The notes under the pieces are model-generated. The model searched no databases and had not been told where the DNA came from. It saw nothing but the letters and a program-made list of their open reading frames with translations. Of a stretch of DNA of 62,791 nt, positions 54,701-62,791 are shown piece by piece. A program made the translations under genes and the position numbers. Within the stretch, counting starts at the first letter, position 1, and the number at the start of each line of letters is the position of its first letter. This stretch comes from Priapulus caudatus (Eukaryota): positions 1 to 62,791 of the forward strand of contig NW_014577092.1 of the NCBI RefSeq assembly GCF_000485595.1, in the 5' to 3' direction.

Positions 54701-55242
54701 AACATGCTAATATGTCCAATGTTTGGGTTTCTCATGCACCATGTAGGCTACTGCCATTTCCGTATCACTGACAAGCACGGAGATCCGCACATTGTGGCAA
54801 CACTATTTGTGCATGTTTCTATAGAAACAGATTCCTAGTTTCTACCACGCTGCTTCTACGTAGCAAATTGGTACGTAACTGATTAAGCGGTCTCAAGAAA
54901 CATTAATAACAACTAATGGTGACAGTGATTAATGATATCATGGTTAATATGCTGATTTATTCTTCATTCTTGTAATTGATGTAGTGTATGTGACAAAGAG
55001 TATTGTCTTATTATTAATGATCTAAAGCAGTTAGCAAGTCAGCTTCTTGGTTTGTTATGTGTGTTTGGGGCTGGATGGCAAGCGAATTTTACAAAGTGCC
55101 CCTACAAATCCTACAGCTTGTTGGTTTTTATTCCTTATTTCCTATTCCCTTTACTCTAGGGTATCGACATATACGTCTCCACGGTGAGGATATGGAGAGG
55201 CTGCATCATTCCTGCATGTTTGTAGAACTGCAAGTCGAATAA
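26834..55242 (+). CDS. PLCD: phosphoinositide phospholipase C, delta-like (PH-EF-X-Y-C2). Core exons 39606-39767, 40095-40341, 40709-40838, 41080-41178, 41812-41904, 42255-42345, 43049-43166, 43595-43680, 43850-43970, 44630-44798, 45000-45119, 45312-45405, 45537-45716, 46006-46181, 49053-49188, 51192-51341, plus alternative first and last exons
   Basis: All 16 core exons are AG/GT bounded and phase-consistent (2172 nt, no stops). Motifs: [80 protein letters not shown] (PLC-delta-type linker), [44 protein letters not shown]. The protein ends right after C2, as delta-class enzymes do. Confidence 0.93.
27457..27649 (+). CDS. PLC candidate alternative first coding exon 1b ([18 protein letters not shown]...EQHAVP)
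   Basis: ATG preceded by in-frame TGA (27421); 64 codons, then strong phase-1 donor CAG|GTGAGG. Confidence 0.65.
28178..29098 (+). mobile_element. Helentron-associated non-autonomous element (HINE/DINE-like)
   Basis: T-rich start, TAGCTCGCC...GAGCTA inverted repeat, (GTCC)n, two internal repeats (28255, 28567), 3' GGTGAGCTA plus AGTGTC/GACACT hairpin; related 5' end at ~27749. Confidence 0.65.
31639..31828 (+). CDS. PLC candidate alternative first coding exon 1c (MSDRG.../[12 protein letters not shown]...RLFGVQ)
   Basis: ATG at 31639 or 31675, open frame, phase-1 donor AAG|GTAGGA. Confidence 0.55.
31896..32155. mobile_element. foldback MITE with TTAGGG core, 9-bp TSD
   Basis: TIR GCTCATAGGGTCTATG / CATAGACCCTCTCAGC; TSD GATACTGTG / GATACTGTC. 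Confidence 0.85.
32262..32492. mobile_element. second TTAGGG-core MITE family, 9-bp TSD
   Basis: inverted arms GGTCGTTGTCGTATCAGGTACTACAGATATGTACCCGAGG; TSD GCTAGTAGT on both sides. Confidence 0.85.
32512..32869. mobile_element. near-perfect 358-bp palindromic (foldback) MITE, 8-bp TSD
   Basis: ~170-bp arms CACAGGCACTTGGAGCG.../...CGCTCCAAGTGCCTGTG, short loop, TSD CACGTATC. Confidence 0.9.
33805..34476. mobile_element. hAT-like MITE; inverted copy at 58041-58844
   Basis: TIR CAGGGCTGTAGT / ACTACGGCCCTG; flanks share TTTTC. Confidence 0.8.
35670..35983. mobile_element. foldback MITE with TTAGGG core, 9-bp TSD
   Basis: same TIRs as 31896-32155; perfect TSD ATAGATATG. Confidence 0.88.
36407..36804. 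mobile_element. Harbinger-like MITE; inverted copy at 50651-50996
   Basis: TIR AGGCGCGTTCACAC / GTGTGAGCACGCCT. Confidence 0.8.
36992..37540 (+). mobile_element. degenerate HINE-like element
   Basis: TTATTAGCTCATCTGAC start, GCGT/GTCC microsatellite, GGTCAA motifs; 3' end approximate. Confidence 0.4.
39255..39429. mobile_element. small MITE with microsatellite core
   Basis: inverted arms CACTGGCGACGAGATCA / TGATCTCGCTGCCAGTG; degenerate 8-bp TSD GTCGTAGT / ATCATAGT. Confidence 0.7.
40342..40708 (+). other. U12-type (minor spliceosome) GT-AG intron in PLC
   Basis: donor GTATCCTTT is the U12 consensus; branch-like TTTCTTGAC at 40688-40696 lies about 13 nt from the AG; no polypyrimidine tract. 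Confidence 0.88.
42434..42620 (+). mobile_element. tRNA-derived SINE, possibly MetaSINE type
   Basis: A-box-like TGGCTTAATTAG (42444), B box GGTTCGCATCC (42488), then GGTCATACCAAAGACTTGAAAAATGG core; family name from memory, 3' end approximate. Confidence 0.7.
47347..47837. mobile_element. nested Harbinger-like MITE
   Basis: TIR AGCCTTGTTCACACG / CGTGTGAACGCGGCT, TSD AAT. Confidence 0.8.
48047..48627. mobile_element. nested hAT MITE
   Basis: TIR TAGTGATG / CATCACTA, subterminal ATCGATTA repeats, perfect 8-bp TSD GCCGTAAT; related left end at 5188. Confidence 0.88.
49553..50517. mobile_element. PIF/Harbinger MITE with internal duplication and gap
   Basis: 17-bp TIR GGGCCCGTTGTCAGAAA, TSD CAG. 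Confidence 0.85.
50651..50996. mobile_element. Harbinger-like MITE (reverse copy of 36407-36804)
   Basis: TIR AGGAGTGTTCACAC / GTGTGAACGCGCCT, TSD AAT. Confidence 0.82.
51630..51886. mobile_element. MITE with TTAGGG tract, GG...CC ends, 8-bp TSD
   Basis: imperfect arms TATAGACCGAAGG / CCTTCAGTCTATA; ACTTGTGC on both flanks. Confidence 0.75.
52626..53984 (+). mobile_element. Helentron-associated element with ~125-bp tandem array
   Basis: subTIRs TGTATCCCCCG / CGGGGGATACA, 3' hairpin AGTTG-GCGA-CAACT, CTAG end before TT, about five internal repeat units. Confidence 0.8.
53090..53534. mobile_element. MITE with 7-bp TSD (P-like) inserted in the Helentron array
   Basis: TIR CAGACGTCCCAAGT / ACTTGGGACCTCTG, TSD CTGCAAC, internal ~33-bp tandem repeat at 53410-53510. 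Confidence 0.82.
54747..54838 (+). CDS. PLC terminal exon A ([30 protein letters not shown])
   Basis: phase-1 acceptor TGTAG|GC; resembles the PLC-delta C2 end GYRH...ATLFV. Confidence 0.8.
55160..55242 (+). CDS. PLC terminal exon B ([27 protein letters not shown])
   Basis: phase-1 acceptor after a strong pyrimidine tract, CTAG|GG; canonical GYRH motif; AATAAA at 55407-55412. Confidence 0.8.
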
Positions 55243-57904
55243 TTCTCTAGCCAGGAGACCCTGCTCATCAGCCTGTCTTCAGCATGGGGAAACTTTTGTG
55301 TGTGTTGTACTGCAGAGACCCTTAAGCAAAAGCAATGCAGTATAAGGTCTTGTGTTTGTATTCTTACTTCGCAATGAAGCATGTAAATGCATTTCAGTTG
55401 ATGCCGAATAAACATATTGACACAGCGTTAGTTGAGAAAAGTGCTGTAGGTTTGCGCAATTACATGGAGCAAGTTCAATTATAAAAGCATATACTTATAC
55501 CATTTTAAAGCCATTAACCAGATTGCCTCCCATAAGTTTTGTGTTGAATGGACAGTTTCTAATATCAATATATCTACACTTGTGAGTACGGTATCTATAT
55601 TTCACATTTATATGTTATTGGTATAGGAAAAGGCAGATAAAGATGCAAAAAAGATAACATAGGCTATTTTTCTTTATATGTGGGGCATAAATTCCTCTTT
55701 TATTTCTAATTTGTCATTTTATTTTTACAAAGTTAGATTTTAATTATTGACATACTGATACTATAAATGTACAGCCAGCTATAGGCTGCTGATCGTTTTT
55801 ACTGTTTATTTTATGCAATCAGGATATGGATAATGTTCGCTTTATCTATCAAGGATTGAGCCTCAATTGGGATTTCTCAATTTGGGGATCTAAACATAAT
55901 ATATAGTGGGCATCAGTTACCATGCCAGAACAGTGATATGTGCTGTTTAAGCCTTTTAAGTGTTCATATTTCAAATTCTACCATAAACTATGACAATAAT
56001 GCCTCATTTCGTTTAAGGTAATGCTGTAGTCCAGTTTTAATATGAAAAATTCTTATGATGCTAGTCTCATTTCTAATTGGTTAGTTTAGTGGTTTGTGTG
56101 TTTTGCAACCGTCTTAAGGAAGAATCGTTTTTATGGCCTTCGTGTCTATTTGGCCTTCAGGTCGTATAGCGTCATGTTAGCGATAGACATACGACGTAAG
56201 ACAGATCATTTAGGTTGCCATTGAACTAGAATTCTATCTCCACAACTTACGAATCTGTGTGAAAATTGTGCATTTTTATTTGCTTTTTGTAGTTGTTAGA
56301 ATAAATATCACAGTAACCAACATGAAACCAGGCATAAGCATTCATGAACTGGTTGTGGAATTTGAATAATGTAGGATTTCAGTGCCAGGTCATCCACAAA
56401 ATATTAAGGAAAGGCATTGTTTAACTATGTAAGTTTTTTTATGGTTAATATGCATCTTTGTTAGAAACGTATATGCTCTATTATTATGGGGAAAAAAACA
56501 TTCTATCAATAATGGGAATTTGACAATGCATGTCAAATTTAGATTTTTATGTGTAAAATGTTGATTTCTGTTCGATTTACCTTTATAATTATAGATGCGC
56601 GTGTGCCCATCGCTGATCATGGTAATGTTGCTCCGATGATTCACACACCCAGTGTTTGCTTTTAATTAATAATGCAGGAATCAAACCCAATTAAATTTAG
56701 TGTGTGGTAGGTAACCTCTACCTGTAAAGGTTGTGATGAATTTCTGTAATTAGGAATTCTGTAATTAGAATTCTGGAATTTCTGTAATTAGGAATTCCTA
56801 TAATTGGATATTACTCAAATAGAATATTTTTATATACTGGGTCCTACATAGCGGACATCATTTATAGTACGTTTCACATTGAGACCGCTGTTGGTGAGGA
56901 ACGTTAGTCTAGAATTTTCGAGAGTGTTATGACACTTATTGCATAAAAAATAGTATGTGCCTACATATTTCTGTTCTCAGATATTTACCTATTAAAAGTC
57001 AACAACGGGATGGTACCATACTACCGTAAGGCCATAAATATAGAACACAAAACCTTGTATTCTGTATCTATGGTATAACTGTGCGGACCCTGACGAAGTT
57101 GCACTTTTGAATTGCTGTTTTGCACGTTCTAGACTGGGTGATAATCACAAAAGTGTAATTGTTTTTTATCTACCTGCTATTTACAGGATGAATTTTCTAT
57201 ATAGGATATATACATGCACAGTATAACTAAAACCAGCTATAGTGAAATATAAGAAATTGCAAATGGTCATTGACAGTTTGTATAACTACACTAATTATTA
57301 CTATTACATTACTGTCATTAGATTAATGTGTTTAGAAAATATTTCTAGTGAAAACTGAACCTTGAAATTTTACATGCAGTATCTGTATGAATAATCTCTA
57401 TTTAAGTAACATAAAATGTGACTCAACATAAAATGTGAAACTTACAGCAGTCATGTTCATGTCAGTTATCTTCACTATTAGCAACTGTCATATATATTAC
57501 AATATTAACAAGTGTACGCGGTATTAGCTTATTCGCGTATTTCTCGTAAACTATCGTAAAGTAAAATAATGGGACGTTTAGTTAAACAGTGGTAAAGTAA
57601 TTTTTCTTCATCGCAAGAGATCACTCACCTATAATAGTATATCTAGTATCTAGTATACTATATCTAGTATACTATTCTATATCTATATCTAGTATATATA
57701 CTAGTATACTAGTATCTCTTTGTTAAAAAATTGTCGCACGAAAATGTGGACAGTGGTGAGGTATATTGGCAGTTAAAACACTAGATGAAATGTTTTGTAT
57801 TTCAATAATTTGGGGTAAAATAAGACTAATGTGATGTAATTCTATTTTTTACACTACAGTTTATTGTGGTTTATAATTGGTACACACTCAACCTTTAATA
57901 CACT

Positions 57905-57940
57905 CGCACATACGCACGCACACGCACGCACGCACACACA

Positions 57941-57977
<37 letters not shown>

Positions 57978-57992
57978 GCACGCACGCACACA

Positions 57993-58029
<37 letters not shown>

Positions 58030-58040
58030 CCTCACACACC
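57905..58040. repeat. (CA)n/(GCAC)n microsatellite
   Basis: direct reading; similar tracts at 46880-47090, 48681-48736, 59515-59578. Confidence 0.95.
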
Positions 58041-58844
58041 CAGGGCCGTAGTGGCCGCCACGGCAGCAGTGGCGCTATTTTGACAAAAAAAAAAGTGCAG
58101 GGAACCAAGGAGCTGACTGTTATCTGACGGACTGTCTGGTATTACTATTAATACTGATCAATTAGAGGTGTTATATCAGTGCTCTAAGATTTGACATGTG
58201 TATTTAATATGACAACGTGCCTATATAAGGTATTGTGATTTAAATTCAAACTTCAAAACATACAGATGTCCAGGGTCGTGTACAGGATTTGTACCAGGGT
58301 AGGGGGTCTAACCGTAACCCAAACTTGCAAGCACGCGAAGGGGGGGTCTGGTACCTTTGATTTTTTTTAAATTAGACCCCCTTAGATGCGTTTTCTGCGC
58401 GAGCAGGGGTGGTCCGGATTCCCTGGACCCCCCCCTCCTGTACACGCCCCTGGATCATGTACATAATGAAAGTATACACGCAGATTGAAAATAGGCTTAT
58501 TTTTCATAATTATGTACAGATACTGATAGTATATACAATTTTGTAAACAATGTTTTATTAGTTATCATACTCATAATATATATTTTAGATACTTTAGTCA
58601 AAACATCAGTTTTAGCTACATTCCTTTTTTAAATTTACAAATTGACCTTTTAAAATGATCAGAATTGGTTGCTTTCAACATAGCCTGAAAATGCAGGAAA
58701 TGCCAGACCCCCAGCATGGGCTTCGCGACTGCGGCGTTTCGCCGTGTCTGCCTGCACACACCATAACCGCCACTTATGCTCTTATTACTGGGTGATCCTA
58801 CATTTTTCTGCAGTAGCACATTTTAGGAGGCCACTACAGCCCTG
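58041..58844. mobile_element. hAT-like MITE (reverse copy of 33805-34476) with nested MITE at 58271-58452
   Basis: TIR CAGGGCCGTAGTGG / CCACTACAGCCCTG; nested TIR CAGGGTCGTGTACAGGA / TCCTGTACACGCCCCTG is absent from the other copy. Confidence 0.82.
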
Positions 58845-58853
58845 CGCACACGT

Positions 58854-59264
58854 CAGGGGCGGATCCAGGAATGTCTGAAGGGTGGGGGGGTCACAAGTCA
58901 TTATATTTGTGTTGTAGTGGCTCGGCAAGCGAGCGCAGCCAAACCGGCTGGGTGTTCGGGTTGTAAAAATTTTGTAAATAGAAGGCTTCTGAGGATAATT
59001 CTAGTGCATACATAAGGGTTATTTTTGCAGGATTTAATCACTTTATATCAAGACGTTTTCAAAATAGATACTCTGTATGGACACTAGGCCTATACACCTT
59101 TTGAATATATTGTAAGCAAGTTGGAAGTTTTACTGAAACCAAGAAAAACTTGTGCTTTAAATGGGAAAGTAGACCATATTTGTAGAACTAGCTGGTGCCC
59201 AAACAAACCAGGACTGTGCCAGAAAAATTATGACCCCCATGACCCCCACTTGGATCCGCCACTG
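58854..59264. mobile_element. hAT MITE
   Basis: TIR CAGGGGCGGATCCA / TGGATCCGCCACTG, perfect 8-bp TSD GCACACGT. Confidence 0.88.
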
Positions 59265-59578
59265 GCACACGTACACAGCTTATTTCTCCAAGCTCAGTGG
59301 CAGCCTTCCATGATTTTTCGCGGGTGGTGTCATATTTTAGCGATCGGTGATCGGTGCAAACGAATATTATGCGAGTATTACGCAATAACCTAATATAATA
59401 TCATATATATACTATAATATATTATATGATATATATGTATATATATATATATATATATGTAATATAATTGATCGTACAGCTTTATGGACAACCAAAAAGA
59501 CATGAAAACTACTCCACGCACACACACATGCGTACACATGAACGCACGCGCACACACACACACACACACACACACATA

Positions 59579-59858
59579 CAGGCGCGTAGCCAGCTTTATA
59601 TGGGGGGGGGTTCGTTTTTAAATGTTGGCAATTTGTGAGGGCGCGACCGAGCAAGGGGAGGGTGTGGGGGGGTCCCCCCTCCCACACGATGGAAATTTTG
59701 CAATTATTACACTCAAATGGAACGATCTGGTGCATACCTGAGGTGAAATTCTTTAAAATTTTCAAATGGAAATTTTTTTATTTATTTTTTTTGCTCGGGG
59801 GGGGGGTCGGGAGGGTCGTGCGAACCCCCCGAACCCCCCCCCTCTGGCTACGGGCCTG
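59579..59858. mobile_element. hAT-like MITE
   Basis: TIR CAGGCGCGTAGCCAG / CTGGCTACGGGCCTG, degenerate 8-bp TSD CACACATA / CTGACATA. Confidence 0.78.
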
Positions 59859-60468
59859 CTGACATATATATATATTCGGCCCAAAATATTTATGGAAAAT
59901 GGAGAGTGTTCCATTCAAAAGTCATACCTAAATAATTATTGTCTATATTTCTACACGCGGAATTAAACTGGTATAACATTTTTTTTTTTCCCAATCGGAA
60001 GAAAAATAACCCAGATTGTGAAAACATACTCGTATGATGGTGTGGGTTCGAATGCCAACTTCTGTCAGACTGTCACCATATAACAAAGTATAACAGAACG
60101 TGCTTTATTCCCGCAACAATACAAAGTGAAAGAGATGACATGCTTATATCGTGTAAACTGACAATTTTCACTGCCATGTTTCACTGGCTGGCACATTGGG
60201 CAATAAGAAGTCCAGGATAGTGAGCCCAAGCTTATCTGTAAAATAATGAAAAATATAATCAGGTACCTCATTAAGACCAGCAGCATTATACCGTGTTATT
60301 ATCTACTCTTGATTATACACAATGACATGCATGTACGGATATTTTTAAACACAACACACACTGCTGATAGAAATGGCAATTTTACTCATCAAAGAAATCT
60401 ACTCGTAATTAAAACATTGAAGGAAGGGAAGCCTGTAGCAGGAGCGATAGCGTAACAAGATAGATTAT

Positions 60469-60971
60469 CACAAGATACAGAGAAAATTTACTTGAATTGA
60501 TCGCTCAGCAAACAAAATCAAATGATACCGACGAGCCGTATTCGTCTCCTACAAACGGGACATAGGATCACAAGGTAAGCTTACCCACTGCTCCTATAGA
60601 TGGCGCGGCGGCTTCATTGCGCGACTTACGAGAACCCCGAGAACCAACCATCTAGCTCATTGACGAGAACCATGGAAACACGCTCAGCTGATTATGTTTC
60701 TATGGATATCATGCGCATGGATAGGGGCGAATGACTCCACAAGATGCAGAGAAAACTTACTTGAATTGATCGCTCAGCAAACAAAATCAAACGATCCGGA
60801 TTCGTCTCATACAAACGGTCCATAGGAGCACAAGGTAAGGTTACCCACTCCACTGCTCCTATATAGATGACGCGGCGGCTTCATTGCGCGACTTACGACG
60901 AGGACCCGAGAACCAACCATCTAGCAGTTCTAGCTCATTGGCGAGAGCCATGGAAACACGCTCAAAGCTGA
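60469..60971 (+). repeat. two diverged direct repeats of ~230 bp (60469-~60690, 60738-~60971)
   Basis: CACAAGAT.CAGAGAAAA.TTACTTGAATTGATCGCTCAGC...CCATGGAAACACGCTCA occurs twice. Confidence 0.85.
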
Positions 60972-60994
60972 CATGCGTCTAAACAGAGGAATGA

Positions 60995-62060
60995 CGGAGG
61001 TTACACGATCACAAATCAAACGTTGAAATGATAATCACAATGGCAAACAAGCCATGATTGCCATTTCTATGAATCACGCAGGTACTTGGAATGTTTCAAT
61101 AGTAAAATGATGGTAAATAACCACGAAGAGTGTTTACTACAGAGAAGTCTTAATCATGTTTCGCTCCTACTCCCTCTAGGGGAAATTTCGCCTATATTGC
61201 CGACAACTTCCTGTAAATGCCGTTCATATGCTCCTCTGCAACACATAATATGAGTACACCGCACGCCCGCCGCTGTGCACAAACAACAAGAATATATATT
61301 TAATACATTACAATAGAAGAAATAGGTCAATTATGAACAAGTCTTGTTCGACATGTTCCCAAGGTTTCGTTGGTATTATAGATATAGAATAAACATGTTT
61401 ATATATCAATGTTGGTATTAACATCGGACAGAGGTTTCTTCGGTATTACATGCTGTCTCTTCTGACATAGATCACATTCGGTGACTGTGTCTTCACGCTG
61501 CTAGTTTGTTCCTAGGCGGTAGACTAAATCTCTTGCCAGCTGTTTGGTTTTGACCATTTCTTGGTGAGCTGCACGCAGTATCAATAATGTACTCTTCCCC
61601 ATCTTAGTTGGAACGACTACTTTTCCACCTTTGTACAGGATTCATTAAATGACACCCAGTTGTTCCTAAGAATTTATGTATGGTACGTCTTCACAGTTGT
61701 ACAGTTATAGCTTCACTAGCGAAAATGTCACATGGTTGTCTCTGATTGCTTAAACTGTTTGTATCAGCTTCACATTTATACAGCTTTATTCACTTTATAC
61801 AGTTGTGCCTGCTGCTTCAATAAAAAAAAACATCCATTATGTTTTGTAGACCGCCTTTACTGGAAGATGTGTCACCGAGTGCTCACTGGGACAATTCTTA
61901 AATTGATATGTGATTTCCATAGGTAAACGTTTGAACTTATACCTGTCCGAGGGTATATTGAATGCTGTAATGTTGTAATCTTGACTTGTTAGCAGCGAAA
62001 GTTCATCATTTAAATATAAAATGTGCGTGGAATGTTGCGATGGATGTTATCATGTTTTCA
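60995..62060 (-). pseudogene. old, deleted Gypsy pol remnant (RT and integrase fragments)
   Basis: minus-strand fragments TAFNIPSDRYKFKRLPMEI (RT), LYKGGKVVVP, AAHQEMVKTKQLARDLVY...ECDLCQK (HHCC), IPTKPWEHVEQDLF; many stops and frameshifts. Confidence 0.72.
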
Positions 62061-62578
62061 TGATTCTCAGGGTAGAACATCTCTCCTGTCATCTAGTTAT
62101 GACGGTTTGTGATGAACAGCGACTCTGCTAAAGCAGGAAATATCCTTCAACATCTTCTGTATATGTGATTAGTTCGCTGCGCTTATATATATTTAATATA
62201 TATTCCAATACTTTCATAACACAAACGTATTACGAGTATGTCAAAGCCATACAAATACATAGAAAACAATATTGTAGTGATGTACGTCGTATATAGTATA
62301 TAGTATGTAATAGACATTTTTTTAGGGTGGCCGCAACTAGATTTTTACACGTGATATGGTTAGTCTTTGTATGACGTCAGCCCCCTGAAATCTCCACAAT
62401 ATCAGTTACTATATATATATATAATATCAGGAGTGAATAATAATAGATCTCATATCTATAGAATCTATTATTATTCACTCCTGATAATATAATATACCGA
62501 TTGTTTGCTATGTATTTGTATGGCTTTGACATACTCATAATTACACCCCTAATATATATATATATATTATCAAGAGCG

Positions 62579-62717
62579 TATAAAGAAGGAGAGCGAGAGA
62601 CAGTCGCAGTACTGACTGATCTGGAGTCGGGTTTCGGCGAAAATACCAGATTTTCACCGCTCATTATCTCAGCGTAGGGGCATCGTAGTGACATGCGGTT
62701 TGTTTTATATTAACAAG
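62579..62717 (+). promoter_or_regulatory. possible TATA promoter and non-coding first exon of a downstream gene
   Basis: TATAAAG at 62579, CAGT initiator-like motifs 20-30 nt downstream, GC-richer segment, donor AAG|GTAGGA after 62717. Confidence 0.25.
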
Positions 62718-62791
62718 GTAGGATAGTGGGGCAGATATGTAACAAAAATAGGTCAAAATGTTCACATCCGGCAGAAAGTGTGAAATTTTGC

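Overview
This is animal (invertebrate, probably lophotrochozoan; inference) genomic DNA, not prokaryotic. It holds two intron-rich + strand genes: the 3' four coding exons of a FAAP24 orthologue (1656-4736) and a phospholipase C delta-like gene (about 26834-55242). The PLC gene has 16 phase-consistent core exons, intact catalytic motifs and one U12-type intron. It also has three candidate alternative phase-1 first exons and two duplicated alternative terminal exons that finish the C2 domain; this is the most interesting biology in the window. Between the genes, a block of about 10.7 kb appears twice (4580-15244 and 15271-~26235), separated by 25 Ns and full of indel noise. It is most likely an assembly false duplication, and it contains one inactivated Mag-type Ty3/Gypsy element with about 180-bp LTRs and a tRNA-Ser PBS. 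The rest is a dense mosaic of small non-autonomous DNA transposons with readable TSDs of 3-9 bp, including a 9-bp-TSD foldback family carrying TTAGGG repeats. Helentron-like elements, a tRNA-derived SINE, microsatellites and a decayed Gypsy pol remnant near the right end are also present. All calls come from manual reading; no searches were run.
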